Shown: positions 32,545-47,305 of the stretch, one piece after another | Numbering within the stretch: position 1 is the first letter of the stretch | Layout: each line of letters starts with the position of its first letter | Assembly (NCBI RefSeq): GCF_009914755.1 | Contig: NC_060934.1 | From: the human T2T-CHM13v2.0 reference genome, Homo sapiens | Length of the DNA: 64,000 nt | Strand: one strand, 5' to 3' | Made by a program: the position numbers and the translations under genes | Notes under the pieces: model-generated | Databases searched by the model: none | What the model was told of the DNA's origin: nothing | What the model saw: only the letters and a program-made list of their open reading frames with translations

Positions 32545-35340
32545 CAGGGAATACCTCCCTCCGGACAGAGGTGGCCCATGGCCCTGGAATTCCCAAGCCC
32601 TTCTGTGTCCATCCAGGGAAATACCTCCCTCCGGACAGAGGTGGCCCACGGCCCTGGAATTCTCTAGCCCTTCTGTGTCCATCCAGGGAAATACCTCCCT
32701 CCGGACAGAGGTGGCCCACGACCCTGGAATTCTCTAGCCCTTCTGTGTCCATCCAGGGAAATACCTCCCTCCGGACAGAGGTGGCCCACGACCCTGGAAT
32801 TCTCTAGCCCTTCTGTGTCCATCCAGGGAAATACCTCCCTCCGGACAGAGGTGGCCCACGACCCTGGAATTCTCTAGCCCTTCTGTGTCCATCCAGGGAA
32901 ATACCTCCCTCCGGACAGAGGTGGCCCATGGCCCTGGAATTCTCTAGCCCTTCTGTGTCCATCCAGGGAAATACCTCCCTCCGGACAGAGGTGGCCCACG
33001 ACCCTGGAATTCTCTAGCCCTTCTGTGTCCATCCAGGGAAATACCTCCCTCCGGACAGAGGTGGCCCACGACCGTGGAATTCTCTAGCCCTTCTGTGTCC
33101 ATCCAGGGAAATACCTCCCTCCGGACAGAGGTGGCCCACGACCCTGGAATTCTCTAGCCCTTCTGTGTCCATCCAGGGAAATACCTCCCTCCGGACAGAG
33201 GCGGCCCATGGCCCTGGAATTCTCTAGCCCTTCTGTGTCCATCCAGGGAAATACCTCCCTCCAGACAGAGGCGGCCCATGGCCCTGGGATTCCCAAGCCC
33301 TTCTGTGTCCATCCAGGGAAATACCTCCCTCCGGACAGAGGTGGCCCATGGCCCTGGAATTCTCTAGCCCTTCTGTGTCCATCCAGGGAAATACCTCCCT
33401 CCGGACAGAGGTGGCCCATGGCCCTGGAATTCTCTAGCCCTTCTGTGTCCATCCAGGGAAATACCTCCCTCCGGACAGAGGTGGCCCACCACCCTGGAAT
33501 TCTCTAGCCCTTCTGTGTCCATCCAGGGAAATACCTCCCTCCGGACAGAGGTGGCCCACGACCCTGGAATTCTCTAGCCCTCTATGTCCATCCAGGGAAA
33601 TACCTCCCTCCGGACAGAGGTGGCCCATGGCCCTGGAATTCTCTAGCCCTTCTGTGTCCATCCAGGGAAATACCTCCCTCCGGACAGAGGTGGCCCATGG
33701 CCCTGGAATTCTCTAGCCCTTCTGTGTCCATCCAGGGAAATACCTCCCTCCGGACAGAGGTGGCCCATGGCCCTGGAATTCCCAAGCCCTTCTGTGTCCA
33801 TCCAGGGAAATACCTCCCTCCGGACAGAGGTGGCCCATGGCCCTGGAATTCTCTAGCCCTTCTGTGTCCATCCAGGGAAATACCTCCCTCCGGACAGAGG
33901 TGGCCCACGACCCTGGAATTCTCTAGCCCTTCTGTGTCCATCCAGGGAAATACCTCCCTCCGGACAGAGGTGGCCCACGACCCTGGAATTCTCTAGCCCT
34001 CTATGTCCATCCAGGGAAATACCTCCCTCCGGACAGAGGTGGCCCATGGCCCTGGAATTCTCTAGCCCTTCTGTGTCCATCCAGGGAAATACCTCCCTCC
34101 GGACAGAGGTGGCCCACGACCCTGGAATTCTCTAGCCCTCTATGTCCATCCAGGGAAATACCTCCCTCCGGACAGAGGTGGCCCATGGCCCTGGAATTCT
34201 CTAGCCCTTCTGTGTCCATCCAGGGAAATACCTCCCTCCGGACAGAGGTGGCCCATGGCCCTGGAATTCTCTAGCCCTTCTGTGTCCATCCAGGGAAATA
34301 CCTCCCTCCGGACAGAGGTGGCCCATGACCCTGGAATTCTCTAGCCCTCTATGTCCATCCAGGGAAATACCTCCCTCCGGACAGAGGTGGCCCACGACCC
34401 TGGAATTCTCTAGCCCTTCTGTGTCCATCCAGGGAAATACCTCCCTCCAGACAGAGGCGGCCCATGGCCCTGGAATTCCCAAGCCCTTCTGTGTCCATCC
34501 AGGGAAATACCTCCCTCCGGACAGAGGTGGCCCATGGCCCTGGGATTCCCAAGCCCTTCTGTGTCCATCCAGGGAAATACCTCCCTCCAGACAGAGGTGG
34601 CCCATGGCCCTGGAATTCTCTAGCCCTTCTGTGTCCATCCAGGGAAATACCTCCCTCCGGACAGAGGTGGCCCATGGCCCTGGAATTCCCAAGCCCTTCT
34701 GTGTCCATCCAGGGAAATACCTCCCTCCGGACAGAGGTGGCCCATGGCCCTGGGATTCCCAAGCCCTTCTGTGTCCATCCAGGGAAATACCTCCCTCCGG
34801 ACAGAGGTGGCCCATGGCCCTGGAATTCTCTAGCCCTTCTGTGTCCATCCAGGGAAATACCTCCCTCCGGACAGAGGTGGCCCACGACCCTGGAATTCTC
34901 TAGCCCTCTATGTCCATCCAGGGAAATACCTCCCTCCGGACAGAGGTGGCCCATGGCCCTGGAATTCTCTAGCCCTTCTGTGTCCATCCAGGGAAATACC
35001 TCCCTCCGGACAGAGGTGGCCCATGGCCCTGGAATTCTCTAGCCCTTCTGTGTCCATCCAGGGAAATACCTCCCTCCGGACAGAGGTGGCCCATGACCCT
35101 GGAATTCTCTAGCCCTCTATGTCCATCCAGGGAAATACCTCCCTCCGGACAGAGGTGGCCCATGGCCCTGGGATTCCCAAGCCCTTCTGTGTCCATCCAG
35201 GGAAATACCTCCCTCCGGACAGAGGCGGCCCATGGCCCTGGGATTCTCTAGCCCTTCTGTGTCCATCCAGGGAAATACCTCCCTCCGGACAGAGGTGGCC
35301 CATGGCCCTGGAATTCTCTAGCCCTTCTGTGTCCATCCAG
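32545..35340. repeat. Large 70-bp VNTR, ~40 copies
   Basis: Unit ccatccagggaaatacctccctccggacagaggtggccca(tgg/cga)ccctggaattctctagcccttctgtgt; period 70 (e.g. 32701 to 32771) with 69-bp variants. Confidence 0.97.
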
Positions 35341-36187
35341 TAACTGACCTTGAAGTTTCAGATCTTTAGTGCTTTCTGGTATTTTCCCTTCCCCAGATGC
35401 AGGCCTTGTGTGATTTCATTTCAGTGGGAAGGTTCAGCCTAACAGCATTACCAAATTCCAGAAGCATCAACTCTCCTTTCTCATCACGTCACATCCACTC
35501 TATGAAATATATCTTTGTCTGCTCAAGCCAAACCAATCCCTCTCATCTTTGTGATATGACAGAGCGTGGTATGGTAACCTTTCCCCTCTCCAGAATAACA
35601 TCAGCAATACCTCACAGGAAGGTGCAACTTCACAACCAATCACACATTCCAGCCAAACGGGCCACAGCTGTGAACCAAAGACAATCTAATATTTCAATTG
35701 CTTTGAGTTAGCAAATATCTTAGTGTTCTTGTTTCAGTGAATACAAATGGTAGAGCTAAAGTTTTCGTTTGCCTGAGTCTAGAAGAAGTCTTACAATGAA
35801 TATCTTCCAGGTGCACATCTAAGAATAATGGAATAAAAATCAGGAATGGATAAATCAGAAGCTCTGGCAAAATCTACACTTGTGTATATGCTTCTGTGCC
35901 TACAAACAGGAAGAAAATTTCCAGTCCTGCCTGGCTTGCATCAATATGCCAGTCAATTTTATCTGTTTCCGATTTCTGGGTGTGTAGTGTCTACAATATT
36001 TGCAATTTTCAATGTTCTTTGAATAAAGAAAAGAAATATGATGTTTCTGAATCTTTGCTCTACTTTGCTGCAGGAGCCTGTGTATACAGAGCAACACTAA
36101 CATTTTATTCTTTTTTTCTACTATAAAAGAATATGGGCTTTTTTCATTCTCCATCCAAAGTCATTATTACTTAAAAAAATAGAATTG

Positions 36188-36486
36188 GGCCGGGTGTGGT
36201 GGTTTACACCTGTAATCCCTGCACTTTGGGAGGCCGAGGGGGGTGGATCACCTGAGGTCAGGAGTTCGGGACCAGCCTGGCCAACATGGCGAAACCCCAT
36301 CTCTACTAAAAATACAAAAATTAGCCAGGCATGGTGGAGGGTGCCTGTAATCCCAGCTACTTGGGAGGCTGAGACAGGAGAATCGCTTGAACTCAGGAGG
36401 CAGAGGTTTCAGTGAGCCAAGATCGTACCACTACACTCCAGCCTGGGTGACAGAACAAGACTGTCAATAATAATAATAATAATAAA
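36188..36486 (+). mobile_element. Alu (AluS-type) with (AAT)n tail
   Basis: Full two-arm Alu. Confidence 0.92.
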
Positions 36487-38261
36487 TCAGCAAAGGGAAT
36501 CTCTAGTATGCAGTGGATTTTGCAAATCACACCACGACTCCTGCTGTTCATTGGTGCAGAGTAGGCAGATGCACATATTCTCTGCTTTTGTAACCTGCTC
36601 ACACACAGCTCATTCCAATGGAGATCCCCTCACCCAGGTGACATTTATGGAAAGCATTATGCCGTTTGGAGAGCAGTTACTACAAAAAAAGTTTACAGAA
36701 AGAGTTGTCCTGGAAAACGATGCTTTATACACGAAGGATTTGGGTGCTGTGGAAAAGCATCCTGCAGAAGGTGGACTGTGAGTTTTGCTAACGTCAGAAC
36801 ACAGGTGGCTCTGCTCTTGCTCAGCAGAGAAGACAACGTTGACCGTCGCAACACAGCACCCACACTGGTCCAGGCAGAATTGGTCCCTGCCATCCGTGCT
36901 GCCTGAGTCACAGAATTGAAGAAGAGATGGCAAAAACGAGTATTCAAGACCACACAGCCCAACAGAAAGGCCCGCAGCCCACGGAGACTTGTGGTTTGAC
37001 CGGCCTGAGGTCCTGCCAAAACAGTTCATCCGGTCTCTACACCTCCCTGGAAGAAGGTGCTCCATATTTTGGAGAAAATTACTCTCCTTTTGAGCATCCT
37101 GACAGTTTTCACGCTGGCACTGCCCTCTAGTTACATACCCGAACATCCAGAAACTGCCTGCAAAGGGTCCACAGCTCATGTTCCCACCTCGGGTGTCCAG
37201 GTTATTCACTCAGGAAGCAAAAAACAACAGGACCAAGGATTAGAAATTAAACTGTGGAATTTACCTTTTTATCTGCAGTGTGTGTGGCTCTGCCTTCCTC
37301 GTTGCTTGTGTGGAAACCCAGGTCCACGTGGAGGAATCAGACGGCTCAGAGGGCGGCTGCGGAACTGAGAAGGCATCTGCTCACTGCACTAGTGTCCGCA
37401 GCAGGGCCGGAAAGAGATGATCTTCGCCTGTACACTTCATGGAGTCTTGAATTAATTATCCGAACTTCCACTTTAGGTTCCTAATCATTTAAAAACAAAA
37501 AAGAGCGGGGAGAGCCTTTTCGTGTGGTCAGAAACAAATCTCCTTTGAGTGTGTATTTCATTCTCGGTGCCATGATTTAAGGGATGAGATGGCATTTTGT
37601 AGAAGTAAAAAGAGACAGAGATAGAAATACAAAACATACTGGAGCTGAAGTTTCTGCTTCGTACCTGACTTTACACGGGCAGGTCCTAAGCCTCAGAGGC
37701 CAGGCCTCCAGAGCACAGGGGTCTTAAGAGTAACCTACAACAGCACGGGCACATAGTAGCTGCCAATAAATTTTGATGAAAGAAAAAGGACTAGAACCAT
37801 TTGTATTTGCCAACAAGAACCGCCTCCTAGGTTTCACTACAAATAACAGAGGACAGATGGAAGAAACTCACGTTTCCCCAGATGATTCTTGAAGCACTCC
37901 TTCCTCACTGTACATTTCTACTAAATACCTTCTAACGTGACAGCAGTTCGTCAACATCATTAATTGTTCAAAAATATAATTAAATATAAAAACACAATTT
38001 CCCACTTCTGATTGATGCCTTATATTTTCCAAAATAAATTTAAGAAAGAGTTTTATCAAAACAACAACTTTCTAAGGACGATCATCCCTGGGGACCCCGA
38101 CCTTATGAGGAGCTGGCCTCACCCGCCCCCCACATTCCAACCAGCTGGCAACAACCGGCAGCAACAGCCAGGTTACAGTGGAAGCTTCTCTTTCAAATTT
38201 ATATCATCTTATAAATTATTTGCCGTTTATAATAATGCTGCACTTTCATAATAAAATATAG

Positions 38262-38860
<599 letters not shown>

Positions 38861-40014
38861 AAATATATTTATATTTGGGGAAAAAAAACTAAGCTTGCTC
38901 TTCCAAGCAAATACCAATACTTAAACATACCAAAACCCAAATAAACCCAAAATGACACATTGAGAATATTTATTAAATAGTTTTGTGCGACGTGATTTTT
39001 ACTGGCTGCGTAGTGATCTACCTGCCTTTGCTTCAGTGTTTTGCTATTTTAATAAGCCCCTGAGGACCGCCCTTGTGCATTGTGCTTTTTGCATATTTCT
39101 GGTTATTTTCTGAAACTAGAGTTCTGGAAAGGGGAGACGGTGGCTTCACAAAGCTGGAAAGCGCAGGAGTGGGTCCAGCCTGGGGAAGCACGGCTCAGCC
39201 TGGGTTTATCTCCGTCCTCCACCTGCTCTTCACTCTGAAGCTCAGCAAGAGAGCGTGTGGCCGCCAGGCGCCCTTGCCCAGAGGTGTCCAGTTCCCTCTC
39301 GCTGGCCTCCATCTGGTCTGGACTGGTCAGGTGAGGCAGGTGCAGCAGTGCAGGTAAAGCGATGTGATCCACGTCCTGTGCCCCAGGAACAGGGTGACGT
39401 CCCTTCCACCCCTACATGGGCTGCTTATGGGGTAAGCGGAGTTCCCAGAGCACCAAAGGGACAGCAGAACACAGCAGGGAAGAGGCAGTCAGGGGCACCA
39501 TGGTCCTGGGCCAGGTGGCACCCGCGCAGGGAAGAGGCGGTGAGGTGACCACAGTCTGGCCACCTGACGCAGCAACCAGGTGCGAAGGACTCACTGAAAA
39601 TGAGATTCAAAAGATGACGCGGGCAGAGATGTTCTCCTGTCCTTACTCAACACCACCTGAAATGCTGGTAACAACTGTCCATGTGGCAGTGACTCCCACT
39701 GCCCGCCAGCTACCAGCATTAATTCTGGGCCTTGTTATTAACATAACGTTTCTGTTCAGCATCGCCACAACCACCGATAAGATAGGAATGAGCACAAAAC
39801 TAGGGCACTGGAAACCAGGGGAGGTGACCAGAACTCTTTCACTCTATTCATTCGGCACACACGGACTGCACACCTGCTGTAGCTAACTGATGTGTGAGGT
39901 CTTGGGAATCAGCAGTGAACAAAACAAAGTTGCCGCCCTTGTGGAGGATGAATTCTAGTGGCGAGAGACAGACAGCAACAGGGGACATGCCCGTGCAGCA
40001 CGCTGAGCAACGGT

Positions 40015-41020
40015 GGCGCCATCATCACCACACCCCACGTCACATGACAGGGATACAGTACGTGTCAGGGGTTTCACTGTGTGGGAAAAGGTCACACCAT
40101 CATCACCATGCCCGGCGTCACGTGACAGGGATACAGTACGTGTCAGGGGTTTCACTGTGTGGGAAAAGGTCACGCCATCATCACCATGCCCAGCGTCACG
40201 TGACATGGATAGAGTACATGTCAGGGGTATCACTGTGTGGGAAAAGGTCACACCATCATCACCACTCCCCACGTCACATGACATGGATAGAGTACATGTC
40301 AGGGGTATCACTGTGTGGGAAAAGGTCACACCATCATCACCATGCCCAGCGTCACGTGACATGGATAGAGTACATGTCAGGGGTATCACTGTGTGGGAAA
40401 AGGTCACACCATCATCACCATGCCCAGCGTCACGTGACATGGATAGAGTACATGTCAGGGGTATCACTGTGTGGGAAAAGGTCACACCATCATCACCATG
40501 CCCGGCGTCATGTGACATGGATAGAGTACATGTCAGGGGTATCACTGTGTGGGAAAAGGTCACACCATCATCACCACGCCCGGCGTCATGTGACAGGGAT
40601 ACAGTACGTGTCAGGGGTTTCACTGTGTGGGAAAAGGTCACACCATCATCACCACGCCCGGCGTCATGTGACAGGGATACAGTATGTGTCAGGGGTTTCA
40701 CTGTGTGGGAAAAGGTCACGCCATCATCACCATGCCCAGCGTCACGTGACATGGATAGAGTACATGTCAGGGGTATCACTGTGTGGGAAAAGGTCACACC
40801 ATCATCACCACACCCGGCGTCATGTGACAGGAATACAGTACGTGTCAGGGGTATCACTGTGTGGGAAAAGGTCACGCCATCATCACCACGCCCAGCGTCA
40901 TGTGACAGGGATACAGTACGTGTCAGGGGTTTCACTGTGTGGGAAAAGGTCACGCCATCATCACCATGCCCAGCATCACGTGACATGGATACAGTACGTG
41001 TCAGGGGTACCACTGTGTGG
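40015..41020. repeat. 78-bp VNTR, 13 copies, no indels
   Basis: Unit gtcacaccatcatcaccatgcccagcgtcacgtgacagggatacagtacgtgtcaggggtttcactgtgtgggaaaag; exact 78-bp period from 40039 to 40975. Confidence 0.97.
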
Positions 41021-41483
41021 AGAGATGGTCACGTGGCCAGGACGTAACAGACAGAACGTGGAATCCTGGGCTTTTGCTTCACACACAAGTGCTCTGTGTA
41101 TCCATTCTCCCCTGAATTTGTCCACACGTCCAGTACATGTTTAGTGAGCACCTACTATGTGTTGGACACTGGTATTCAGCTCTGGGGATGCGGTGGTGGG
41201 AGACAGAGCCTCCGTCCCTCTGGACCCCCAACACCCCACAGTGCTCTCTGATCTCCCATTCTCTCGGATCAGTGTGTCCAGGTTCCTGCCACAAACCCAC
41301 CCTGTGCAATCGGCTGCAGCAAGTCAGTTCAGCTGCCCGGTCCAGTCACTCCAGACGAAGCTCAGGGTGGCCGTCTGGCTGTTCTCAGACCCACGAAGGC
41401 CATGCTTCACTAAAGCAGACATCCTGCATCAATCTAGGAGGGGGTCCAATCTGTGTTGAGTGTTTACGTTATTTAATATCTAG

Positions 41484-42096
<613 letters not shown>

Positions 42097-43179
42097 CTAG
42101 GCACATCAAACTTTTGTAGATGAAATTCCATCTTAATATAAACTTTCTATATAAATCCTTGGGTCGAGTAAAGAAAATAATTACCCGTTAACTTATTTGT
42201 TTTTGATATCTGGGTTTCAGAAGCTTAAAGGAAAACGTGCTGGTGCATTTCCTCTATATTTAGAAACCTGTAGTATTCCTAGGAGGGGTAGAAGCATCTC
42301 CAGCTCTTTCAGAAACTCCTGCAAGATGAGATCAGTTCCGGGGCTGGGCTGGCGTCGGCCTGCAATGGGAGGGCCGTGGATGGAGCCAAATACGAGTTCT
42401 ACCTGGATTTATGTTGATGAAACACACGCTTTCTGATGTAGCCTCCAGTCCTTGTTCGATTGTGGAGGGTCCTGGATGTTTAACAGCACAGTGCCGGCCC
42501 CAAGGGTCCCAGGGCCTGCCGACCACCAGCCCTTCCCAGGGCCAGGCAGCAGCCCTGCCCAGAGCCCAGCAGGGTGTGTCTGGAGCCCACCCAGCAGCTG
42601 CCCCGGACCCGAATATTCTGCCTGCAGATCCTGGGAAAGCACCACTCCCTGCTTTGGGTGTCTGCATGTTCATAGCACGTTCTCGCTGACATTACTCTGC
42701 AGGAAAAGCCCTAGCTGAGAGGCGCAGAAGGCGGGTGCGGCCCCCTCCCTGGTCCTCCCTGTGGGCGCTGCCCAAGCCTCAGCCCTATGTTTCACCAGGC
42801 CCAGCCCACATCCCTGCTGGCCTCTGAAGTCCCATCGGCCCCACCCTCCCTGACTTCCTCAGCCTTTCACTGTCCTGGTCTTCGCCTTTTCCCTCATTTC
42901 CCGAGCTGCTGTGCAGTGGAAACACTGACTGTGTCTGATCTACTCAAAACAGCATATTTCAGCTCACATTCATCAAAACGCAGCGTCATGCCTAGGAACT
43001 GAGGGTGTGGAGGGGATGTGCCCGGGCCGAGCATGTCCTCATGGCCAGCAGCTGTGGGGCAGACACCAGCCACCTCCAGGACTGAGCAAGACCACAACCC
43101 TCCCTGGTGAAGCTGCTTACCCTGAGACGAGCCTCACCCAGCCCCATGACGACGGCCACCCTGTGTTCTCCCATATTCA

Positions 43180-43812
43180 TTCATGCACCCGTCGGCTCAC
43201 CCGTCCACTCACAAGCACCGTATGGTTCACGCACCCGTCGGCTCACCCGTCCACTCACAAGCACCGTATCGTTCACGCACCCGTCGGCTCACCCGTCCAC
43301 TCACAAGCACCGTATCGTTCACGCACCCGTCGGCTCACCCGTCCACTCACAAGCACCGTATCGTTCACGCACCCGTCGGCTCACCCGTCCACTCACAAGC
43401 ACCGTATCGTTCACGCACCCGTCGGCTCACCCGTCCACTCACAAGCACCGTATGGTTCACGCACCCGTCGGCTCACCCGTCCACTCACCAAGCACCGTAT
43501 CGTTCACGCACCCGTCGGCTCACCCGTCCATTCACCAAGCACCGTATCGTTCATGCACCCATCGGCTCACCCATCCACTCACAAGCACCGTATGGTTCAC
43601 ACACCCGTCGGCTCACCCATCCATTCACCAAGCACCATATCATTCACGCACCCATCAGCTCACCCATCCACTCACAAGCACCGTATCATTCACGCACCCA
43701 TCAGCTCACCCATCCACTCACAAGCACCGTATCATTCACGCACCCATCAGCTCACTCATCCACTCACCAAGCACCGTATCATTCACGCACCCTTCAGCTT
43801 ACCCATCCACTA
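43180..43812. repeat. 46/47-bp CpG-rich minisatellite, ~13-14 copies
   Basis: Unit gcacccgtcggctcacccgtccactcacaagcaccgtatcgttcac (43231 to 43277 = 46 bp). Confidence 0.95.
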
Positions 43813-44977
43813 ACCAACCACCACCGTGCAGATGGCGTGGAGTGGACGCTGGAGGCGCGTACTCTGGAGACTCGGTCCCACTCTCACCCTTGCTGTGGCT
43901 CGATGACCTTCGCTGGACGGTCACCCGGGGCCAGCCCATGCTGGCCAGGGGCAGTGCTGGGGGAGGCTGGAGGGCCAGGCCAGGCTCCCTCTGTCCACTG
44001 TGTACATCTGCCTCTCAGGCCTCGCAGGACAACACGTGTCTGCGTGGACCTGGGTGGTAGATGTCACGGTGTTCCTGAAGCACGAGGCACACACCTGCAC
44101 CACGGTTAAAGCATGAAGGTGCTGGCCTGAGCATGCCCTCATGTTCATTCTTCCCACACCAGAGCTACAGAAATGATAGAGACGTTATTTGAGGCATCCG
44201 GACTGACCTGAAGAACAAGAAGGGCTCAGACACGTGTGAACTCCATGTGGACAGATGGGGTGGATGGGACGGTCGGTGGGGCCACAGGCGGGGGCACTGA
44301 CAGGCAGGGCTGGGGCAGGAGGAGCCCCTCGCCCCTGGGAGCTGGGCAGGCAGCCAACCACAAAGCCACATCCATATCAATCGTCACCAAACTCCAAGGA
44401 AAGCCGGCACCGTTGCAGGGAAACACTGCAACAGGAGAGAAGCTGCCGCCAGGGCAGCAGAGCTAATATTAGAATTGGAGCAGGACATGTTAAGAATCTA
44501 CCTAGCTAATATCCTCAGGGGGACAAAGAGGGATATCTGATGTTTCATGTTGAGCTGTGAAACAACAACAGGTGAAACTGAAATATTTAACTGTTGGGGA
44601 AAAGTCTTCATGGAAGAGGATAGAATGGACTCAGTCTCAAATGAGAACAACAGGCCCACTCTGTGAATTCGATCGGATGAAGCCATCATCCCTGAGCATA
44701 TCCTGGGCAGCCGGAGGATGCTCTAATGTGACACACGTTTTGTACACGTTACTATCCTGTATTTGAATATCACAAATTTCAAATTCTCTAAAAAAGTGGA
44801 TTTTTATTTATGCTAGAAATTTCAGTTAAGCAAGACATTTAACCAGAACAGGTTTGCCAGGCATTTTTTTAGCGGCAACATTTTTATTTAAATGGCTGTT
44901 AAGTGACGGTCCTTTATACCCAGCCACTAGCCCACCTAGTCCCTTCGTGCAAATGCAGCAAAGGTATCTGGATCTCA

Positions 44978-45295
44978 GCCGGGCGCGGTGGCTCAGGCCT
45001 GAATCCCAGCACTTTGGGAGGCCAAGGCAGGTGCATCACCTGAGGTTAGGAGTTGAGGACCAGCCTAGCCAATATGGTGAATTCCCCATCTCTACTAAAA
45101 ATATAAAAACTAGCTGGACGTGGTGATGTGCACCTATAATCCCAGCTACTCAGGAGGCGGAGGCAGGAGAATCACTTGAACCGGGAGGTGAAGTTTGCAG
45201 TGAGCTGAGATTGCGCCACTGCACTCCAGCCTGGGCAACAGGGTGAGACTCCATCATGGAAAAAAAAAAGAGAAAATAAATAAATAATAATAATT
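44978..45295 (+). mobile_element. Alu (AluS-type)
   Basis: Full two-arm Alu with A tail. Confidence 0.9.
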
Positions 45296-45657
45296 TAAAA
45301 AGATGCCTGGATCTGTATTCACCACGCATGGCAACTACCCCAAAACAACTCTAATACTGAGTGGCCGACACAGCCACCGCGTTTGCCCACGGTTCCGTGG
45401 TTGGCGTTTGAGCTGCTCCAGGCTGCTGAGCAGTTCTGCTGGTCACTTGTGCCCTTCAGACCTCTGGGGCACAGGTGTGGCTGGTTGGTCCCCGTGGCCT
45501 GGTTCGTGTGTCTGGAGTTAGTCTGGCTGTCGGGTGAGCCATGAGCCTGCAGAATTCTAGCCCGGCTCCTCCACCAGGCCTGGACTCCAGAAGGCCCATT
45601 TGCTGCTGTGGCCTGGGCGTGTCACCCACTGGGCCTGGGAGAGCAGCTCCCCACTGG

Positions 45658-46128
45658 CCCTCCCTGTGCCACCATACCCTCCCTGACACTCCCTGTGCTG
45701 CTGTGCCCTTCCTGTACCACCGTGCCCTTCCTGATCCTCCCCAAGCCACCATGCCCTCCCCTAACCTCTCTGTGCTGTCATGCCCTTCCTGTGCCACCAT
45801 GCCCTCCCCCACCCTCCCTGTGTTGCCGTGCCCTTCCTGTACCACCATGCTCTTCCCGACCCTCCCCAAGACACCATGCCTTCCCCCACCCTCTCTGTGC
45901 TGCCATGCCCTTCCTGTGCCACCATGCCCTCCCCAATCCTCCCCCTGCACCATGCGCTCCCCCACCCTCTCTGTGCTGCCATGCCCTCCCCGTGCCGCCA
46001 TGCCCTCCCTGACCCTCCCCCTGCCGCCGTGCCCTCCCCAGCCCTCCCCGTGCCACCATGCTCTCCCCCACCCTCCCTGTGCTACTGTGCCCGCCCCAGC
46101 CCTCCCCATGCTGCCGTGCCCTTCCTGA
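45658..46128. repeat. Degenerate C-rich minisatellite
   Basis: Recurrent ctgtgc(c/t)(a/g)ccatgccct(t/c)cc motif. Confidence 0.82.
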
Positions 46129-47002
46129 AGACGCCATCTCCACTGCACACAGAGGGGTTGTGATACGCTGCCCTGACTAGAACAAAATGCTTCACTGCAA
46201 TTTTCCGGAACTTGTCATAAAACATGTCTCAGGCTATGATTTCTGCAGCATGAGTGGCAGGACCAGGACAGACGCAGCTGCAGGGTACACCTGCCGGTCA
46301 TCTGGCTGCTCTGCTGTGCACCTGGTTCTGTGGGCCGTCCTGGGAAGAGCTCCTATAGTGCCTGTGTCTCTGCGGAAAACCCTAAAAATCAGCAAGTCAG
46401 ACACTCCTAAGCCAGCTCTGAGGCTGCCAGTGAGAACTTCTGATTGCTTTGCACACCCACCAGCTGATGGCAAGCAGAAAACATTCCTGATGCCACTGTG
46501 TGCCCGACGACCCGAGGGAGGGCTGTACAGTGCACAGGGGCTGTGGAAACCAGGCCCCCTCAGCAAGGAGCTTCCACCTGTCTGGGGTTTGAAGCTAACA
46601 CCTGGGACGATTGCGGACCTCTAGCAGATCACACTGTGGGGGCTGCTGCAGGCCAGAGCGGCTGCCAGACCGAGACAACGTGACCATGCCTTCTGGGGCT
46701 GCAGCATCAGTGAGGGCACGCACGCCTCACGGGACCCTCTGCCCTGAGCTTCAGCAACAGCTTTTCCTTAGAGTCGGGCGGGGTGGCTGCATTGCTGACG
46801 TGCCCTCTCCCGTCCTTGCCAGCGTCTTCTGGAGTCCCCTCTGCCGTCCATCATGACTGCATGAGCGTTGACACCAGGCACTCCCCCCGAGCCTGACCTT
46901 CTGTATTTGATCCTGAGAAACCTGGCAGCTGAGTGACACTCAAGGCTGTGTTTGCATGTTCTCCTTTTCTGAAGTCAAATAAAACTCCTGGGTAAAATAT
47001 TC

Positions 47003-47305
<303 letters not shown>

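Noticed and set aside
32560-32580. CTCF-like AGGTGGC in each 70-bp unit
   Set aside because: Only the 3' half of the CTCF core matches; the 5' CCASY part is absent.
36551-37209. Non-repetitive 76-aa and 199-aa ORFs
   Set aside because: No recognisable homology or convincing exon structure; a lncRNA exon cannot be excluded without RNA data.
39894-41144. 416-aa His/Cys-rich repeat ORF and overlapping 344/352-aa ORFs
   Set aside because: The 78-bp unit is a multiple of 3, so any stop-free frame stays open; several frames on both strands are open, and I see no splice, promoter or homology support.
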